Counted from the stretch's first letter, positions 1 to 13,622 are shown. The stretch: DNA of 64,000 nucleotides from Fistulifera solaris (GCA_030295235.1 AP026131.1:248001-312000), one strand, 5' to 3'. A program made the numbers and translations. The notes: generated by a model from the sequence alone, not told the origin.

Positions 1-398
1 TTCTCGCGTGCGGGGGTCGTGTCTTTGCCGTCGAATACGATGATGGCATTGACGGTCCTCCTCGTGTCTGGCTGGGCAACATGGACATTCCAGGACTGGC
101 GATGAGTCGCTCATTGGGGGATGTTGTGGCCCATTCGGCGGGTGTGATCTCCGATCCCGAGTTCACGGAGTTTGAGCTCAATCCTGAGACCGACAAGTTC
201 CTCGTCGTCGCCACCGATGGTCTATGGGAGTTTGTGGATAATCAAGAAACGGTGGAATTCGTGGACGCCCAGCCCGGACCTACAGATGCGGTCGACGTCT
301 TGGTGACCGAAGCCGCGACAAGGTGGATGCACGAGGAGCAAGTTATCGACGATACAACTATCATTGTCGCCAACTTGTTTGGCTACAAGTCAAGCTAA
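1..398 (+). CDS. Protein phosphatase 2C (PPM family), C-terminal part; 5' end lies outside the window
   Basis: PGLAMSRSLGD, FLVVATDGLWE and DDTTIIV are the conserved PP2C C-terminal motifs. Confidence 0.92.
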   Translation, partial: LACGGRVFAVEYDDGIDGPPRVWLGNMDIPGLAMSRSLGDVVAHSAGVISDPEFTEFELNPETDKFLVVATDGLWEFVDNQETVEFVDAQPGPTDAVDVLVTEAATRWMHEEQVIDDTTIIVANLFGYKSS

Positions 399-570
399 AG
401 ATTTCTCTCTTGTTTATAATAAGAAGAACGAAACGGGTACATTTGACAGAAGGAGTGGCTCCTTCCGATAAAATCGACACGAGCTGTCATTATAACAAAA
501 ACATTAAAAAATTAATGAAACCAATCATGAAATAATATATTGGACCTGGTTCTAGTTTATCTTGACTATT

Positions 571-876
571 CTATGACTTTCTTTCTTGTTTATATCCCTT
601 GGGTAAATCGGCTCTGACTTGATTCTTCAAATAGCTGTCATCGTCACTAGCATACCAATCTCGCTTGTCGATTTGATTGTCTTTACGTTCGTATTCTTCC
701 TTAATTTTCTCTTGAACGTCTTGAAAGTACGTTGAATCCATTGTTGGGTGATGCAGACGACCCCTCCAAACGTTCTTACTAATCTGATACGTTTGAAAGC
801 CAAAGAACGAGAAGAGTCCGAGTACAAGTCCTTTGTGGGCCACGTTAGCCACTTGAGAGAAAGCTGATGTCGACAT
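571..876 (-). CDS. Small single-TM protein, possibly a COX14-like mitochondrial assembly factor
   Basis: 101-aa ORF from ATG 876; 'VANVAHKGLVLGLFSFFGF' TM segment followed by a charged tail. The COX14 resemblance is weak and by eye. Confidence 0.45.
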   Translation of the reverse strand: MSTSAFSQVANVAHKGLVLGLFSFFGFQTYQISKNVWRGRLHHPTMDSTYFQDVQEKIKEEYERKDNQIDKRDWYASDDDSYLKNQVRADLPKGYKQERKS

Positions 877-1759
877 GGTTCTTATTCTATAGACTTTAAA
901 AAAAGAATACATTCATTCAAAAGCTCGAACTATTTTCGCAATGTTTTCTGTTCGGATTGTGATTGTGCACCTTCTTTATTTCGCCTTTTGTTGTGCGCTG
1001 GCAACGGTCGTCGGATTATTTTTCCGAGTCCGAGCGAAGTACGGACGCACCTACTACAAGTGAAACCGGCACCAATAAAATTGTTACGAGGCCCACGTGA
1101 AATCCACGTAGACTTTGAAGCGTTGCATCGTTAATACAATTTACGTTTCAAGGATGCAATTATGACGAGTATCGCTAATGGTTCCGATCGGTTCGTGAAA
1201 GCAAAAGATGGCTTTTAGCTTCATTTGAAAAAGTAGTGGCACAAAGGTTGTACAAACGGAAAAGATAGACGTTTTTGTCACGAGCCTCATGATTGAAATC
1301 CAGTCATGGAGAAAGGTCGCTTACATTTTGGAAGTATAGTGAACATAGCAGTCAACGATCCAGATGGATTTTCAACGTGAAAGATCTTAGGGTGGACCGT
1401 ATTTGCAAAGCGACCTTACATATTCCTTTGACCAAGAAACTTGCCAACTTTTTTTTTAATTTAAGGAATAAGTGCCACACTCGCGAAAGAGAGAGAATTA
1501 TGGCTCTTGTCTCGTGACTGAAATCTAGTCGTGGGGTAGTCTCCATAAGTCAACATTCCGGGCCATAGTGAATTTGAGCAAAGAAATGCAATGCGCGCAT
1601 TGATGCGACGAGGCAAACTGCAAAATGCATTTCAACTCCAATGCGAGTCGTTCTGGTAAAGCGATCTTCTGTATTCGAATCGAAATCACGTAAAAGCTTC
1701 GTTCGCGCTCAACTAAAGCTCTACTTGGCGACAACTCTCCAAAGGAAGCTTGAAGCAAA

Positions 1760-2868
1760 ATGGATCGAACGGCGTTTTTGGCAAGTATGCCATTCTTGCT
1801 GCCAACATGCCTTGACGATTTCCCTCGAAACGTTGATTACTCAGTTGAAATTCTTCTCAAAGAAACAATTTTTCTTTCGATCGAACCCTCATCGTGTAAG
1901 GGTCCGGCTTATTTTGCTGTGGAAGAGAGGTCTGATCCAAGTGTATGCCCTGTTGAATTGGCCTTTTTCTATCGACGCGCTTTGAACGACGACGATGCAA
2001 TCATTGAATCTGCACCCTTTCTAATGGATGATAGGACATCTTTGAATAAGCCGGAATATTCGGCTTTGGGAGTAATGATGCGTATCGAGGGGCATCTTTT
2101 GTCGTCGATGTTCGTCTCTTGCGCAGTTTAAAAATGAGCCTGCAATCCGCCGAGGAAGGTACAGAACGGCCCGCCTCCTTACTTTTCAATTTCACGTCGT
2201 CTATCTTTCGGATTTTCTCAAAATATCCGGATGATCGCTCCAAACTTCAAGAAGCCAAAAGCAAGCTTACCAGTCTCATTCAAAAGAATTCTGACGAAGT
2301 CTGGGAGCAAGGACTCCTCTGTCTTGACAAGTCCACCATCGACTCACCTTCCACTACGTCGACTCGACATAAAGAGAGCCAGAACAGCAGTGTCACCGTA
2401 GACGACTCGGCAAAGACAACCATTCGTGGAAATCCAACCGCCACTGCGCCCCCTGTTGTTGAACGCTTGCAGAAACGACGTCATTATCAAGACGAGTTCA
2501 ATGAGAGCATGACAAAGCTCGATATGATTACGAAACAAATTCCTCATTTGACGGATGCCGATATGCCTCATTATCGCCAAGCGGCGTGTAGCATGATGAC
2601 AGCTGCAGCCGAAGCGCAAGGAAAAGCGTTCGCTTCACCGTTGGATGTAAGCTCGGCGACCCAACACTTTGAAAGCGTGGCGCAGGATGCGTGCGAAAAC
2701 ATCAAACTGATGTTAGAAGCTTTCTTTCCATCCAAAACCCCCAGCGTTCGCCATGACAACGTCTTGGATCTGGAAGCGATGGAGGAACAAGTATCCGAAC
2801 AATTGCAAAAACGACAGAAGGCTGTGACGGAGCGGGCGAATCTAGTGCTCTTCCCGACCCGTGGGTAA
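1760..2868 (+). CDS. Hypothetical protein split by a frameshift near 2120
   Basis: Overlapping ORFs 1760..2131 and 2119..2868 with protein-like composition; no family recognised. Confidence 0.5.
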
Positions 2869-2982
2869 GGGAAGTCGTAAACCGAAACTAATAACTTGGT
2901 AGTTGTAGACGTTTCTCGAACAATATAATTGTATAAAAAAAAGTAAATGAGAATGTAACAGAATGATTTCGGTTGATCGACG

Positions 2983-4065
2983 CTACTCAACGTTTTGAAT
3001 TTGTTTCAAAATGCTGTCCGCTTCCGCGATCGTAATTCGTTTCAGGTCAAACTTCACCTCGGCCCAGTTTTCGAGCGATTTGCTCGGGGAGCCCTTCGCC
3101 ACCCAGATACGCCACGCTTTGGTTCGGTCCGATGACCAACGCACACCTTGTCCTACGATCTCATCATTCACGAATTGAAAGACTTCGACGGATTGATCTT
3201 CTTTCTCGATTTTGCCCACACCAAATCGCTTATTGCGAACAAACGTTCCTTCGAAACGAAGACCCGACGCGTAATAGTAGCGTCCCGTACCGTGCATGAA
3301 GTTGGTTTCCCAATCTCCCCAATAAGCGTCACCGTTCGAATAATAGAAACGCCCTTGCCCGTGGCGTTTGCCCATTTCGTAAGCTCCATCATAGACATCT
3401 CCGTTCGGATAGCGACGATATCCATGACCGTGCATCTTATCCTCGTGCCATTCCCCGAGATATTCGCCTTTATCGGGCGCAGTTGGGTTGATGCTGACTC
3501 CAAAGACCAAGAGTCCTCGTCCTTCTCGCAAGTCGTTATCAAAATGACCGCGAAAGACGTCTCCATTACTCCAAACGAGTTCTCCTTCGCCGTGTTTCTC
3601 ACCATAATCATTGTATGGGCCGTTGTACTTTGCCGTTCCCGGTACTAGCTGCTGCGCAATGGCAGTAATGGAACGAATATCATCGTCAGTGAATCGACAG
3701 CGACGTGATTGCGGCTCTTCGAGTGTCTTGGGAATAGCACAACAGACCATGCACTTTCCTTCATCGACGAGGAGCGGGACCGTCAAAGGAATACGCTCGG
3801 GTGCTTTATCATTTCCACACAACAAAGCCCATCGTGTCTTTAGTTGAAAGAGCTGCTGCCCGCACGAGGGGCAATGTCCCGTCTCTTTGCGTTCATTCGC
3901 GAGCGCCGCTGGACTTGGTTGCAAAGGCCACGGTAACTGTTGTATCACAATCTCTTCGGGTTCGTCTTCGAATTCTTCGTCTAAATTGTAGCGACTCGGA
4001 TCATGATCGCTGAATCCTCGCAAAGGAATGATTTCTGTAGGCACTTGTTTCATGACTGACAACAA
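2983..4065 (-). CDS. MORN-repeat protein with N-terminal Cys motifs
   Basis: Repeated YxGxWxxxxxHGxG units (YLGEWHEDKMHGHG, YDGAYEMGKRHGQG, YWGDWETNFMHGTG); CPSCG and CMVCC upstream. Confidence 0.9.
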   Translation of the reverse strand: MLSVMKQVPTEIIPLRGFSDHDPSRYNLDEEFEDEPEEIVIQQLPWPLQPSPAALANERKETGHCPSCGQQLFQLKTRWALLCGNDKAPERIPLTVPLLVDEGKCMVCCAIPKTLEEPQSRRCRFTDDDIRSITAIAQQLVPGTAKYNGPYNDYGEKHGEGELVWSNGDVFRGHFDNDLREGRGLLVFGVSINPTAPDKGEYLGEWHEDKMHGHGYRRYPNGDVYDGAYEMGKRHGQGRFYYSNGDAYWGDWETNFMHGTGRYYYASGLRFEGTFVRNKRFGVGKIEKEDQSVEVFQFVNDEIVGQGVRWSSDRTKAWRIWVAKGSPSKSLENWAEVKFDLKRITIAEADSILKQIQNVE

Positions 4066-4833
4066 CTTGTGGAAGGAAGGTTGCTGTCAACGAGAGCGAT
4101 CGATGAACTGTTTTGTCGAGCTGCGATTTGTGACAAAAGAATGATAATTCACATCGCGCTAAGACTCAGTGTCGCTGGGCAAGATGTCAAAGCGTGATGG
4201 AGAACATCATGTGTGTTTCAGTGGGAGGGACGCACTTTCTATTCCCGTCAAAGAATGTCCAAAAGATAGTGACGCAACAGAAGGTGCGGCTGTTATTTTT
4301 GCGTTTCGTGTTCTGCGGGTGTTTTTGGTGGGAGAATATTTGGAAGTAGGGTTATTATCCGGTACACGGTGGGCACATGTTAGGAAGAAACTCGTTTTAC
4401 GAAAATAGCGTTCTACTTATTATGGCTTTTACTGCGACAAATATTTGTTTTCGGACTACAGGTCAACATCATCTTTCATCGTTACACGCTCCCACGACAT
4501 CGCCGTTATGAGGATTACAAAAAAAACGAGGACGAGTGAGTCCGTTTCTGTTATTCGACAAGTCGTATTTCAAACATAACATTTTCCCACATGATCCCTG
4601 GAACCACATTAAGCAACACATGAAATGAACTAAGCTGTTACACAAAACGAAGATACGATTGGCTTTTGATCGACTCGCCGCTGTAGAAAGGCCGTTTTCA
4701 CGCAGAAAGATTGACGTATATTGTTAATAATCTACGAATCGATCGTACTTTTGCGAAAAAGGATTAGTTGATCCGATACCTCTAATAGGTTTTATCTCTG
4801 AGGCCATTGACGGATTCAAATTGAATTTTCATC

Positions 4834-7800
4834 ATGGATCGTTTTGCTGCTATGATTATCCTCTTGGGGACTTTGGTGGTGAGTATTTCTCTTCATCACG
4901 GATCACTTTGGCGTTTCGCAGAAATCTCACACGATAGAAAACAAACAGAGCTTGGTGCTTATCCTACTTTCCTTCTTTTCGGTGGCCCCGATTTTTTGCT
5001 CTTGCCTGCTGAGTCTCTTGTATAGTCTTTATTTATTCATGGCGTACGAAGAATCGGGGATTCATCACGCACAAGAATTCGAGAACCGCTTTTGGACGAT
5101 TTTTGCGTTGCTGTTAAGCACGGCTTTGTTTTTTGCTAAGGATTCACCGGTGGCCTTTGGTTTGACATGGTCACCTACGGTTGGTTTTATGGCGGTCATA
5201 CTCTCGGGTTATGCAATGCACGTGTGGGACCGATATACACATCGCGTTGCAATTAGCAGTCAGTCGGCTTCAATGTTGATACGGCGGTCCTCTCAGAACA
5301 GCAAACACGGTTTGCTGTCGCAGTCTCTGTTGCACCTGCGTGATTTGGGAATACCGGTGGAAGCACAGCTGGCCAAAATTAATGACTGCTTACAGGAAAT
5401 CGATCAGCTCTTGATTCCGTCGACAATTAACAATTTTATCAACATTCGCTACGTTCAGGCCAAAGAGCGTGAAATTATTGCCGTTTTTGAAGAATGTGAC
5501 GCCCGCGCTTTGAACTATCTGATAAGTCACGTGAAACTCGGGCTACTGTTTTACAAAATTAAAGATCACCGAAACTTTCACGGAAAGCACCGCACAGAAC
5601 TCATTAATTTGCTGGCCGTGGAACGCTTATCGATTCTGACCGTCATGAGTCGCGTCATCTTACTACATTCTTTGCAACTATTGAAATTGCGCGCCAATCC
5701 GAAGGCGGAGTACTGGGTTCGGCATATATTGCTAAATACACATCAAGACGATTTGTCCGAACTCAAGACGTTGACGGACGCGAAAGGTGATTACTTTTGC
5801 ATGAACAAATTAATATATGACGACATTCGATCTGAATCAGTTCGACAAGATATTCTTCATCATATTCGACGGGAGGCGGCTGTTCAACAGACAAAGTGGC
5901 AAATGGGCATGGCCCGGAGAAAGTCTCCACTGTCTAGTCGACCTGTCATGACTTGGCGGAAAGTCTTGTCCGATGTAGATGATACTCTGTCGTGCAGCGG
6001 CGGAATGTACCCAGCTGGCGTTGATAAGCGATATCCAAAGAAGACTATCTATCCGGGAGTGTTAGCATTTTATCGAGAACTCGATTTGGGCACGCAAGGC
6101 TCTGAACAATGGGAGGACGAGCGAGTAGGGAATCTTGTTTTCTTGTCGGCACGACCGCATGTTTACAAGGATATGTCAGAAAAGATTAATTTTGCGAAGT
6201 TTGAAAAGCTTCAAATGGTTGGAGAGGATGGGCGGAAAGGAATGCATACGACACCGAGTTTGCTGGCGGGGGACTTGGTTTCGGGGAGTCAATTTTTCGT
6301 GACAAATGATTACGAGCATCTAGCTCGGAAGAAATTTGACAACTTTCGGCGCTACGTTGGATTGTATCCTGAATTTCAACATGTCTTCGTTTGTGACAAC
6401 GGTCAAGGCGATGTGCGCGCTGGTGAAATGATGTTTGATAGCTTTCCATACGAATTCGAGGCATTGTACGTTCACGTGGTTCAGCCCGTGAACAAAACTC
6501 ATGGGTATAACTTGGAGCGTTGGCGAGACAAAGAGTTTTCACCGTTCTTTTTCCGCTCGTACCCCGAAGCGGCGCTACATGCAGCTAGTAGACATCCTCC
6601 ATTGATTCGCGTGAAAGGGCTGCAACGAATTTGCCAAGATGCTGTGAAAGATTTTGCTCAGATTAAGAATTGGCCCTCGGAGCAAGTGAAAGCGGCACGT
6701 CGACAGGAGCTGAACCAAGCCATTTGGCTTGCAAATCGTTTTCTTGTTCAAAATAATGAGGCGATGGTTGAGAATATTTTAGGGGAACAGATCTGGCGCA
6801 GCGGAGAAAAAGTGCGAACACCATATGGTGTGGCAAGGATTGTCAGCTACGATCCGGTACACGACATGTACGAGGTGAATCTTGACTGGAGACCTCTTGA
6901 CGTGCAATTGAAAGAGCACGAAGAAGACCTTAAAAGCAAGACAAACCGATCGGCACCCCCTTCCGCTCCGAGGCAGAAATCACTTGAGACTGTGCACGAG
7001 CAAGACGAGAGCGATGAAGAAGTGGCGGCGATATCCAGTGGCGTGGCAAGTGTCGTGACAACACAGGATGGCGGCGAGTCAGCTTTACCACAAGCCCCTA
7101 CTCGTCCATCGTCTACGATCGATCCGTTATCGGTATCCGAAGAGTTCCTGTGTGTTGAATCGAATGATTCGAGCTCTAATTCGAGAACGTCGACATCGCC
7201 GAATAACGAGCCTGATATTCCATCGTTAGAGGTCACCCCGCCCCGCCGATACAAGCCAAGACTGGCTTCTGGAGACCCTTCAGTGAAGGCGTATGTATCC
7301 GGTATGCTCATCACAAAGTACACAATGCCGCCTTTACCTAAACTGGAAAGGAAGTCTTCCGTTTTTACATTTTTCACGATTCCAGACACCCCCGTATCCC
7401 GAGATCCACCAAAGCGTCGAATCCTAGAAAAGGGCACAGAATGCAGCACACCTTACGGCCCCGTTGTAGTCGTTCAACATCGTATCGACGATCATGTGGT
7501 GATTGCTGACATGATAGGATGGAAAGCTCGGGCATACATTCACGAATCTCTTGTATCACCACTTCCGCGGAATCTACTGAGAGCTCTTCTTCGGCAATTC
7601 AGCTCTGATACTGCACCACACAAGCCATTAGAATTCCCACACTCAACAGGGCTGCAAATCAAAACGCCTTTCGGTCGCGGGTCAATAAAACGACCTATTC
7701 CAATCACAGCCCAGAATCGCCGGGATTCGCTTTCTACGCATCACATGTTGCCCACAATGGGAATTAGTCTCGACAACTGGACTTTAGCAAATGGATCTCA

Positions 7801-8625
7801 TCCCATGTTGTACTGCACGGAGGCGACTGCTCGTGCATGGAAAGACCGCAAGGAAGAAGATAACCCGTCGCTTTTCTTCACGCTTGGGTCAGCGTTGGTA
7901 ACCTCGTCTCGCTCCTTGTTTGAACCCTTTTACAACAGCCAAAGCGCGTGGTCAAAGAAGAGTTGCCAAAAACTTTCAATCGATTTTATCAAGACGGCGC
8001 GGCAGTTACTACGCCGTTCGGATATGGCCGCGTGGTCAACTTCCGTCCAGGTGACGGAATGTACGAAGTACTACTCGTGCAATGGACATTGGCGAGCGGC
8101 TCCCATCCGCGTGTTTACGCTAGGGAGGTTGATTTGAGCTCACGGGTAGCAAGTGGCTGCCAGGAGGGTTATCCAGTTTTGACAAGTTTGGGGCTATCCG
8201 GAATTCTTGCTTCTGTTGAACCTACGACAGGGGTTCATATTGTGACCATATCGTCAGTTCGAATGGTTTGCTACCTTCAACCGGATTGTGTCGTACGGCC
8301 TTTAAAGGCTGCGGTAGGTGAAGATGTATTGACTATCTTTGGCGATGGTTCAGTAGAAAACTACCATGCCGCTCGCGATATCTATACCATTCGTCTGTCG
8401 TGGGGAGCAAAGTTGTATGCTAAAGCAGACACCTTTGATCGAGTAGGAGAAGGAGTACAGGACCGAGATGAGCCTTTTGGCGTCAACTGGCTTTTAAGAC
8501 TCCTTTTCTTCTCACCTGCTTCTACTAGAAAAGGGGACTCAAACCCTCAATCACGCAGTCGAAGCAATAGCGTCGTCAGCGGTCTTAGTCAAAAAAAGCA
8601 AGCAGTGAATAGGGAACTTTTATAG
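4834..8625 (+). CDS. Large membrane-anchored protein with App1/LNS2-like HAD phosphatase domain and C-terminal TP[YF]G repeats; frameshifts near 4940 and 7945
   Basis: N-terminal TM segments; VLSDVDDT (DxDxT), YPGV..FY, FLSARP, FVCDNGQGD; ORFs 4834, 4952 and 7948 overlap in different frames. Confidence 0.7.
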
Positions 8626-8705
8626 AATGAATTGTACAATAATGATAACGTAGTTCTTTATTTAATTCTCTATTTGTAGTCAAACACGCTGAATAAATAT
8701 TGAAG

Positions 8706-9831
8706 TCAAGATACTTTTTCTGTTTTTGCCGAATTCGTAAGAGCCCCCGGTATCCATATTCGCCACAACCATTGGGGGCCTAAAACTTGAGCAATGTTGT
8801 TATACCAGGAGCCTTCATTGAACGGATTGGGTCGATCGAACGTCTTATGATGTTCGAGTTGATAGTCCATCACGATTCTGTGTTCTAACGTCGTGTAAGA
8901 CATGCTCATGAGTTTAAAGTGATAACCCAAGAATGCGGACATGACAGCACCAACACCCATGAGAATTGGATACGCTATATCGATCACAATTTGGGAGACT
9001 ACTACATCCGCAGTTCGTTCCGTCCGAATTCTTCGGAAAAGAAGCAAAAACATATCCCATAGCGGCGGTAGATTGAGCACACCAGTACCATTGTCGTAAA
9101 GCCAGCGGAAACCATGTTCTTTCACTCGTTCTCGGAGAGGCTCGTAGAAAGGCCAGAATAGCAACGCCGTCCCATACCAACAAGCTACCGTCAAATGGAT
9201 CATAAAGAGCACGAAGGAACGGTAATTGTTAAGACCCACGCAATTATTGATCCATATACAGTGATGATCATAGCGCAGTACGCAAATGTTACAGATACGG
9301 CAGTGATGCGCTCGCGGAGGTCGGTATATTTGACAAGTCTGACAATAAGAGTACTGTGGGGACGGGTGATATTGTGTCGTGTCATCATCTTTGGGGTTGA
9401 TCGACGATGTATCTGGAATTTCGCGACACATCTGTGATACTTTCCCTGGGCGGGACTTGACCGAAAGAACATAATAGATCAAGGTTGTTGCAAAGAGATA
9501 AAGCACAATGCTGTCATGAACCCAAGTCCACGCACACGGTTCCTCGGCAGCACACCATCGTTCCGTGACGACTGCCGAACGCAGCGATATTACGTAAGCC
9601 AGAAAAATGAGACTTTGAATTTCAATCGCAAAGCTCACAAGAAAAATGTTCCACGGAAGTCGATTGATGCGGGTGACGCTGAGCGCGTCATTTAAAGCAG
9701 CTCGCGTCAGTTGAAAGATCCATGTCCACGGATTGAAGGGAAGAGTGCGGAGAATACAACGCAGCCCGAAACTCCTTCCACTTTTCCGGAAATCTCATTC
9801 TTTCTCTGGGCGCCGTTTCCGACCTAGACAT
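8706..9831 (-). CDS. DHHC palmitoyltransferase
   Basis: [52 protein letters not shown]; start uncertain (ATG 9831 needs a frameshift near 9775). Confidence 0.95.
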
Positions 9832-10536
9832 CGCAGTGACTTTACTGCTCATTATTGATAAAAAGAGGCTATTTTTACTGATACTTCGGAGTTATTCATA
9901 TTATCTTGTCTTTATAATGCACCCACTATTATTTCGGCGCTCGTCATCGACCTTTTCGTCCTCGTCGTCATTTTTTTTGTGTCGAGCGTCTCGCTCTCGC
10001 GTACAGGCTGTACAGTAAGGGTTAAGGATAGGGTCATAGTTCGTGACCGAAATACATTCGTGGATAGTTGACGTGACACTCCGGGTCATAGTGATCCCTA
10101 GAGGAAAGAAGGTCCGCTAGGATTTTCGACACAATTAAATTGCAGCTTGTGTAGTAAATGAAGCTGCTGGTGATTACATCGTTTGATAGACAAATGTTGG
10201 GAGCCAAGCTATCAGAATGAACTATAATTTGAGCAGCAATCTTTCTCAATGGGATCTTGATTCAGGACTGAAATGCAGTCGTGGAAAAAAGTAATTTACA
10301 CTTTGGCTTTATAGTTTATGAGACCGGCGGGCGCGGCGTGACGCGTGACAGTACCGGTAGTCCGTTTTGCTTTGCTCCGCGAAGTATTGTGCGTGGTTGA
10401 CCATGGCGGCCTGCGGAAACGCGCATAACAGCAGATCCAGCGCAGTCGAATTGAAATATTTGCTCCTTTCGTATTACGGTGTCCTACGTATAAATTAGCC
10501 GGATTTTCCAATTTAAAGCAGGGGAAATTTGTGAGA

Positions 10537-11963
10537 ATGATCTCAATGCTCATGATTCTAAATCATAAGGGAGACATTATGATCTCCCGTCAATATCGGT
10601 AAGGCTCTGCTATCTTTATTGTATTTTCATACTCTTGAACGCCGCAATCTCAAACTAGCGTCGTCGATTTGTAGAGATGACGTCGGGAGAGCAGCAGCGG
10701 ATTCATTCCGTCTTCAGGTACGTTCAACGCAAACACACTCTCTCTTTTTCCTTTTGAAATCCTCACGAGCGATTTCGTCTCCTGCAAAAGGTCGTCGCCG
10801 CGAAAGAAACAGGCACCGATGCTCCCATCAAACGCATTGAAAACTGCTCTTTTCTTTATACACGGCACTTGAACATGTATTTTGTCGCCATGACAAGATC
10901 GAATGTCAATCCAGCACTCGTCTTTGAATATCTCTTTCAATTGGTCAAGATATTGAAAGCTTATTTGGGTGAAGAGTTTGATGAGAATGCGATGCGAAAC
11001 AACATGACGCTCATTTATGAACTCATGGACGAGACCATGGATTTCGGGTACCCCCAAAACTGTGCCGTGGATGTGCTGCGATTGTATATCAACTTGGGGA
11101 ATGTCAAACCACAAGACGAGCCAGAGCCCAGTCAGTTGACGAGTCAAATTACTGGCGCGATTGACTGGCGACGCGAAGGCATTCGTCACAAAAAGAACGA
11201 GGTGTACATTGATGTTCTCGAATCTGTGAATCTTCTCTTGTCGTCTACCGGAAGTGTGTTGCGCAATGAAGTGCAGGGTGCGGTGCAAATGAATACCAAG
11301 TTGACAGGTATGCCAGAATGCAAGTTTGGGCTCAATGATAAGCTTGTCATTGACAAAGACAAGGGTGATGGGAAACAGACGGTGGAAATTGATGACTGTA
11401 CGTTCCACCGGTGCGTGCGATTGGGAAAATTCGACGCTGACCGAACCATCACTTTCATTCCGCCGGACGGAGAGTTCGAGTTGATGCATTATCGAGTAAC
11501 GGACAATATCAATCTACCCTTCCGTGTCATCCCCGCAGTTCAAGAAGAGAACAATATGACAAAAGTATCGATCAATGTCAAAGTGATTGCCAGTTTCTCG
11601 GATCAGCTCTTTGCGACGCACGTTGTGATCAAAATACCGGTACCGAAGAATACGTCTAAGGCGAAAATCAAAAACTCTTTTGGTCGTGCCAAGTATGAGC
11701 CCGAACAGAACGCCATCGTTTGGCGTGTCAAGCGCTTTGCGGGAAAGGCGGAATGCATCATCACGGCAGATGTTGACCTCATGCCCATGACGCGTCCCAA
11801 GCCATGGAGTCGGCCTCCCATCCAATTGGAGTTTCAAGTTCCCATGTTTACTGCCAGTGGAGTGCACGTAAGGTTTCTTCGTGTTTACGACAAATCAGGT
11901 TACCACACCAATCGATGGGTCCGCTACATTACCAAGGCGGGCAACTATCAAATTCGAATTTAG
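10537..11963 (+). CDS. AP2M1: AP-2 adaptor complex subunit mu; introns 10599..10674 and 10718..10790
   Basis: Spliced N-terminus MISMLMILNHKGDIMISRQYRDD; IYELMDETMDFGYPQ, LTGMPECKFGLNDK, DCTFHRCVRL, FIPPDGEFELM, WVRYIT. Confidence 0.95.
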
Positions 11964-12028
11964 TTTGTGTTGATCGTAAAATAAATTTACTTATTATAAT
12001 TTGTTTTTAATACCATTTCATTTTTCGC

Positions 12029-13622
12029 TCAACGCTTCTTTGACGGCCGTCGTCGATAGGAACTTGATTTTGAAGAACTACTACTGCGGCTGCTGGAAGA
12101 AGCGCTGCGCCGCCGTCTGCTGGAACGAGAAGGACGACGGTCGGATGATGACGACGACGAGAACGATCTGGATCGGCTCCGTGTGGCCCTGCTGTCATCC
12201 GTATCCCGACGCCGATTGATTGTGCGACCTTCGGGTCGTTTTGACCGTGGTGAAAGGCTCCGACTTGGAGATCTTGACCTCGATACAGAACGGTTTCTAT
12301 CTGTTTCGCGACGGCTTTCGTTCGATGACACACTTCGACTTCGCTGACGAGACAACCGTTCTGGGCGTCTTTCACGTCCCGAGTCTTCAGAATTCGACGA
12401 CTGACTGCTCGCAGAAGATCGATTTCTCGGAGAAACCGATCGGTTTCGCCTTGGTGATGGCGATTGGCGACGACGCCCTTGTCGTTCCTTAAAATGCCGA
12501 GAATCGGGGCTGCGACTTCCCGGTGACCGCGAAACAGAACGACTTCGATCCGAGTCGCGACGACTCTTATCGGAGGAACTACTTCGACTTCGTGTGCGAG
12601 ACAGTGACTCTTGGCGATTTCCTCTTCCGGTCTTTTCATTACCCGAGGATCGGCTTCTCGCAGGAGAGTCTCTCGTCGGCGAAGGACTTCTGCGACGAAT
12701 TCCTTTTCGTTTGCTAGAGGATGATGCCGACCTACTCCGTCGGCTTCTTGATGAAAAAAGACGATGATCGGCTCGATGATCCGCTCGACGAGCTACTACC
12801 CGATGACGAACTATCACGACGACGACTCCTTCGTCGTCTTCTGCTTCTTCCCCGACTTCTCGAGGAGGATGACGAGGAAGAATAAGATGACGACGACGAT
12901 GACGACGAAGATGCTGAACTGGAACTTGTCGAGCTATCTCGTCTCTTCTTTTGCCGTTCTTTCTTGGGCTTTTCTTTGTGAAGCGCCGGATTGTCTTCCA
13001 CCGCTTTGCCTTCTTTGCGCTGACGACTGAATGCTTGCCCTGCCACATAATTCTTCGTATCGATACCAAAGGCAGCAGCCAAACGATCCTCAGGACCGCT
13101 TTTTGAGTTGTTGGGACAGTCTCTGGCCAAGTGACCGGGGGTTCCGCATTTGTAACATGCTTTCGATCGCATATGATTCCCTGTATTTGCGGCGACCAGC
13201 GCCGGCTCCAGTTCTCCTTCCTCCATTTCAGGTTGTTGAAGCCTTTTGACTCGCAACTCCTCTTCTTGTTGCTGTTGTTTTTCTTTTTTCTGTTTTTCTT
13301 CCTCCCAACCTTGCAAAGTAGCCCGCCGTTGCTCCGCAATACGTTCTTCAATATCTTGTTCCGTCCATTTTCCTTCTTCTTCGAGTTCCTCTCGCAAAAT
13401 CAATAAATCATTCTCTAACTTTCGCAATTTCTCATGATGCTGCAATTCCGAGTTAGGCTTCTTTTGCTGTTGTCGATCAAAAGGTCGTCGCGGTTGATTT
13501 TGCTGCCGATTTTGTTCGAGACGACGCCGTTGTTGCGCCGCTCGCACATGACTTTGATTCGTTTGCACGTATCCGGATGTGGCGGACCCACGAACGGAAG
13601 AAAGGCCGATCCCGTTGTACAT
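12029..13622 (-). CDS. CWC21: CWC21/SRRM2-like splicing factor with CCHC zinc knuckle and RS-rich tail; one frameshift near 12755
   Basis: N-terminus MYNGIGLSSVRGSATSGYVQTN; CYKCGTPGHLARDC; AAFGI; long RS/SP tail continues in the overlapping frame. Confidence 0.88.

Noticed and set aside
10650..11489. 279-aa antisense ORF
   Set aside because: Shadow of AP2M1 on the opposite strand with no recognisable motifs.
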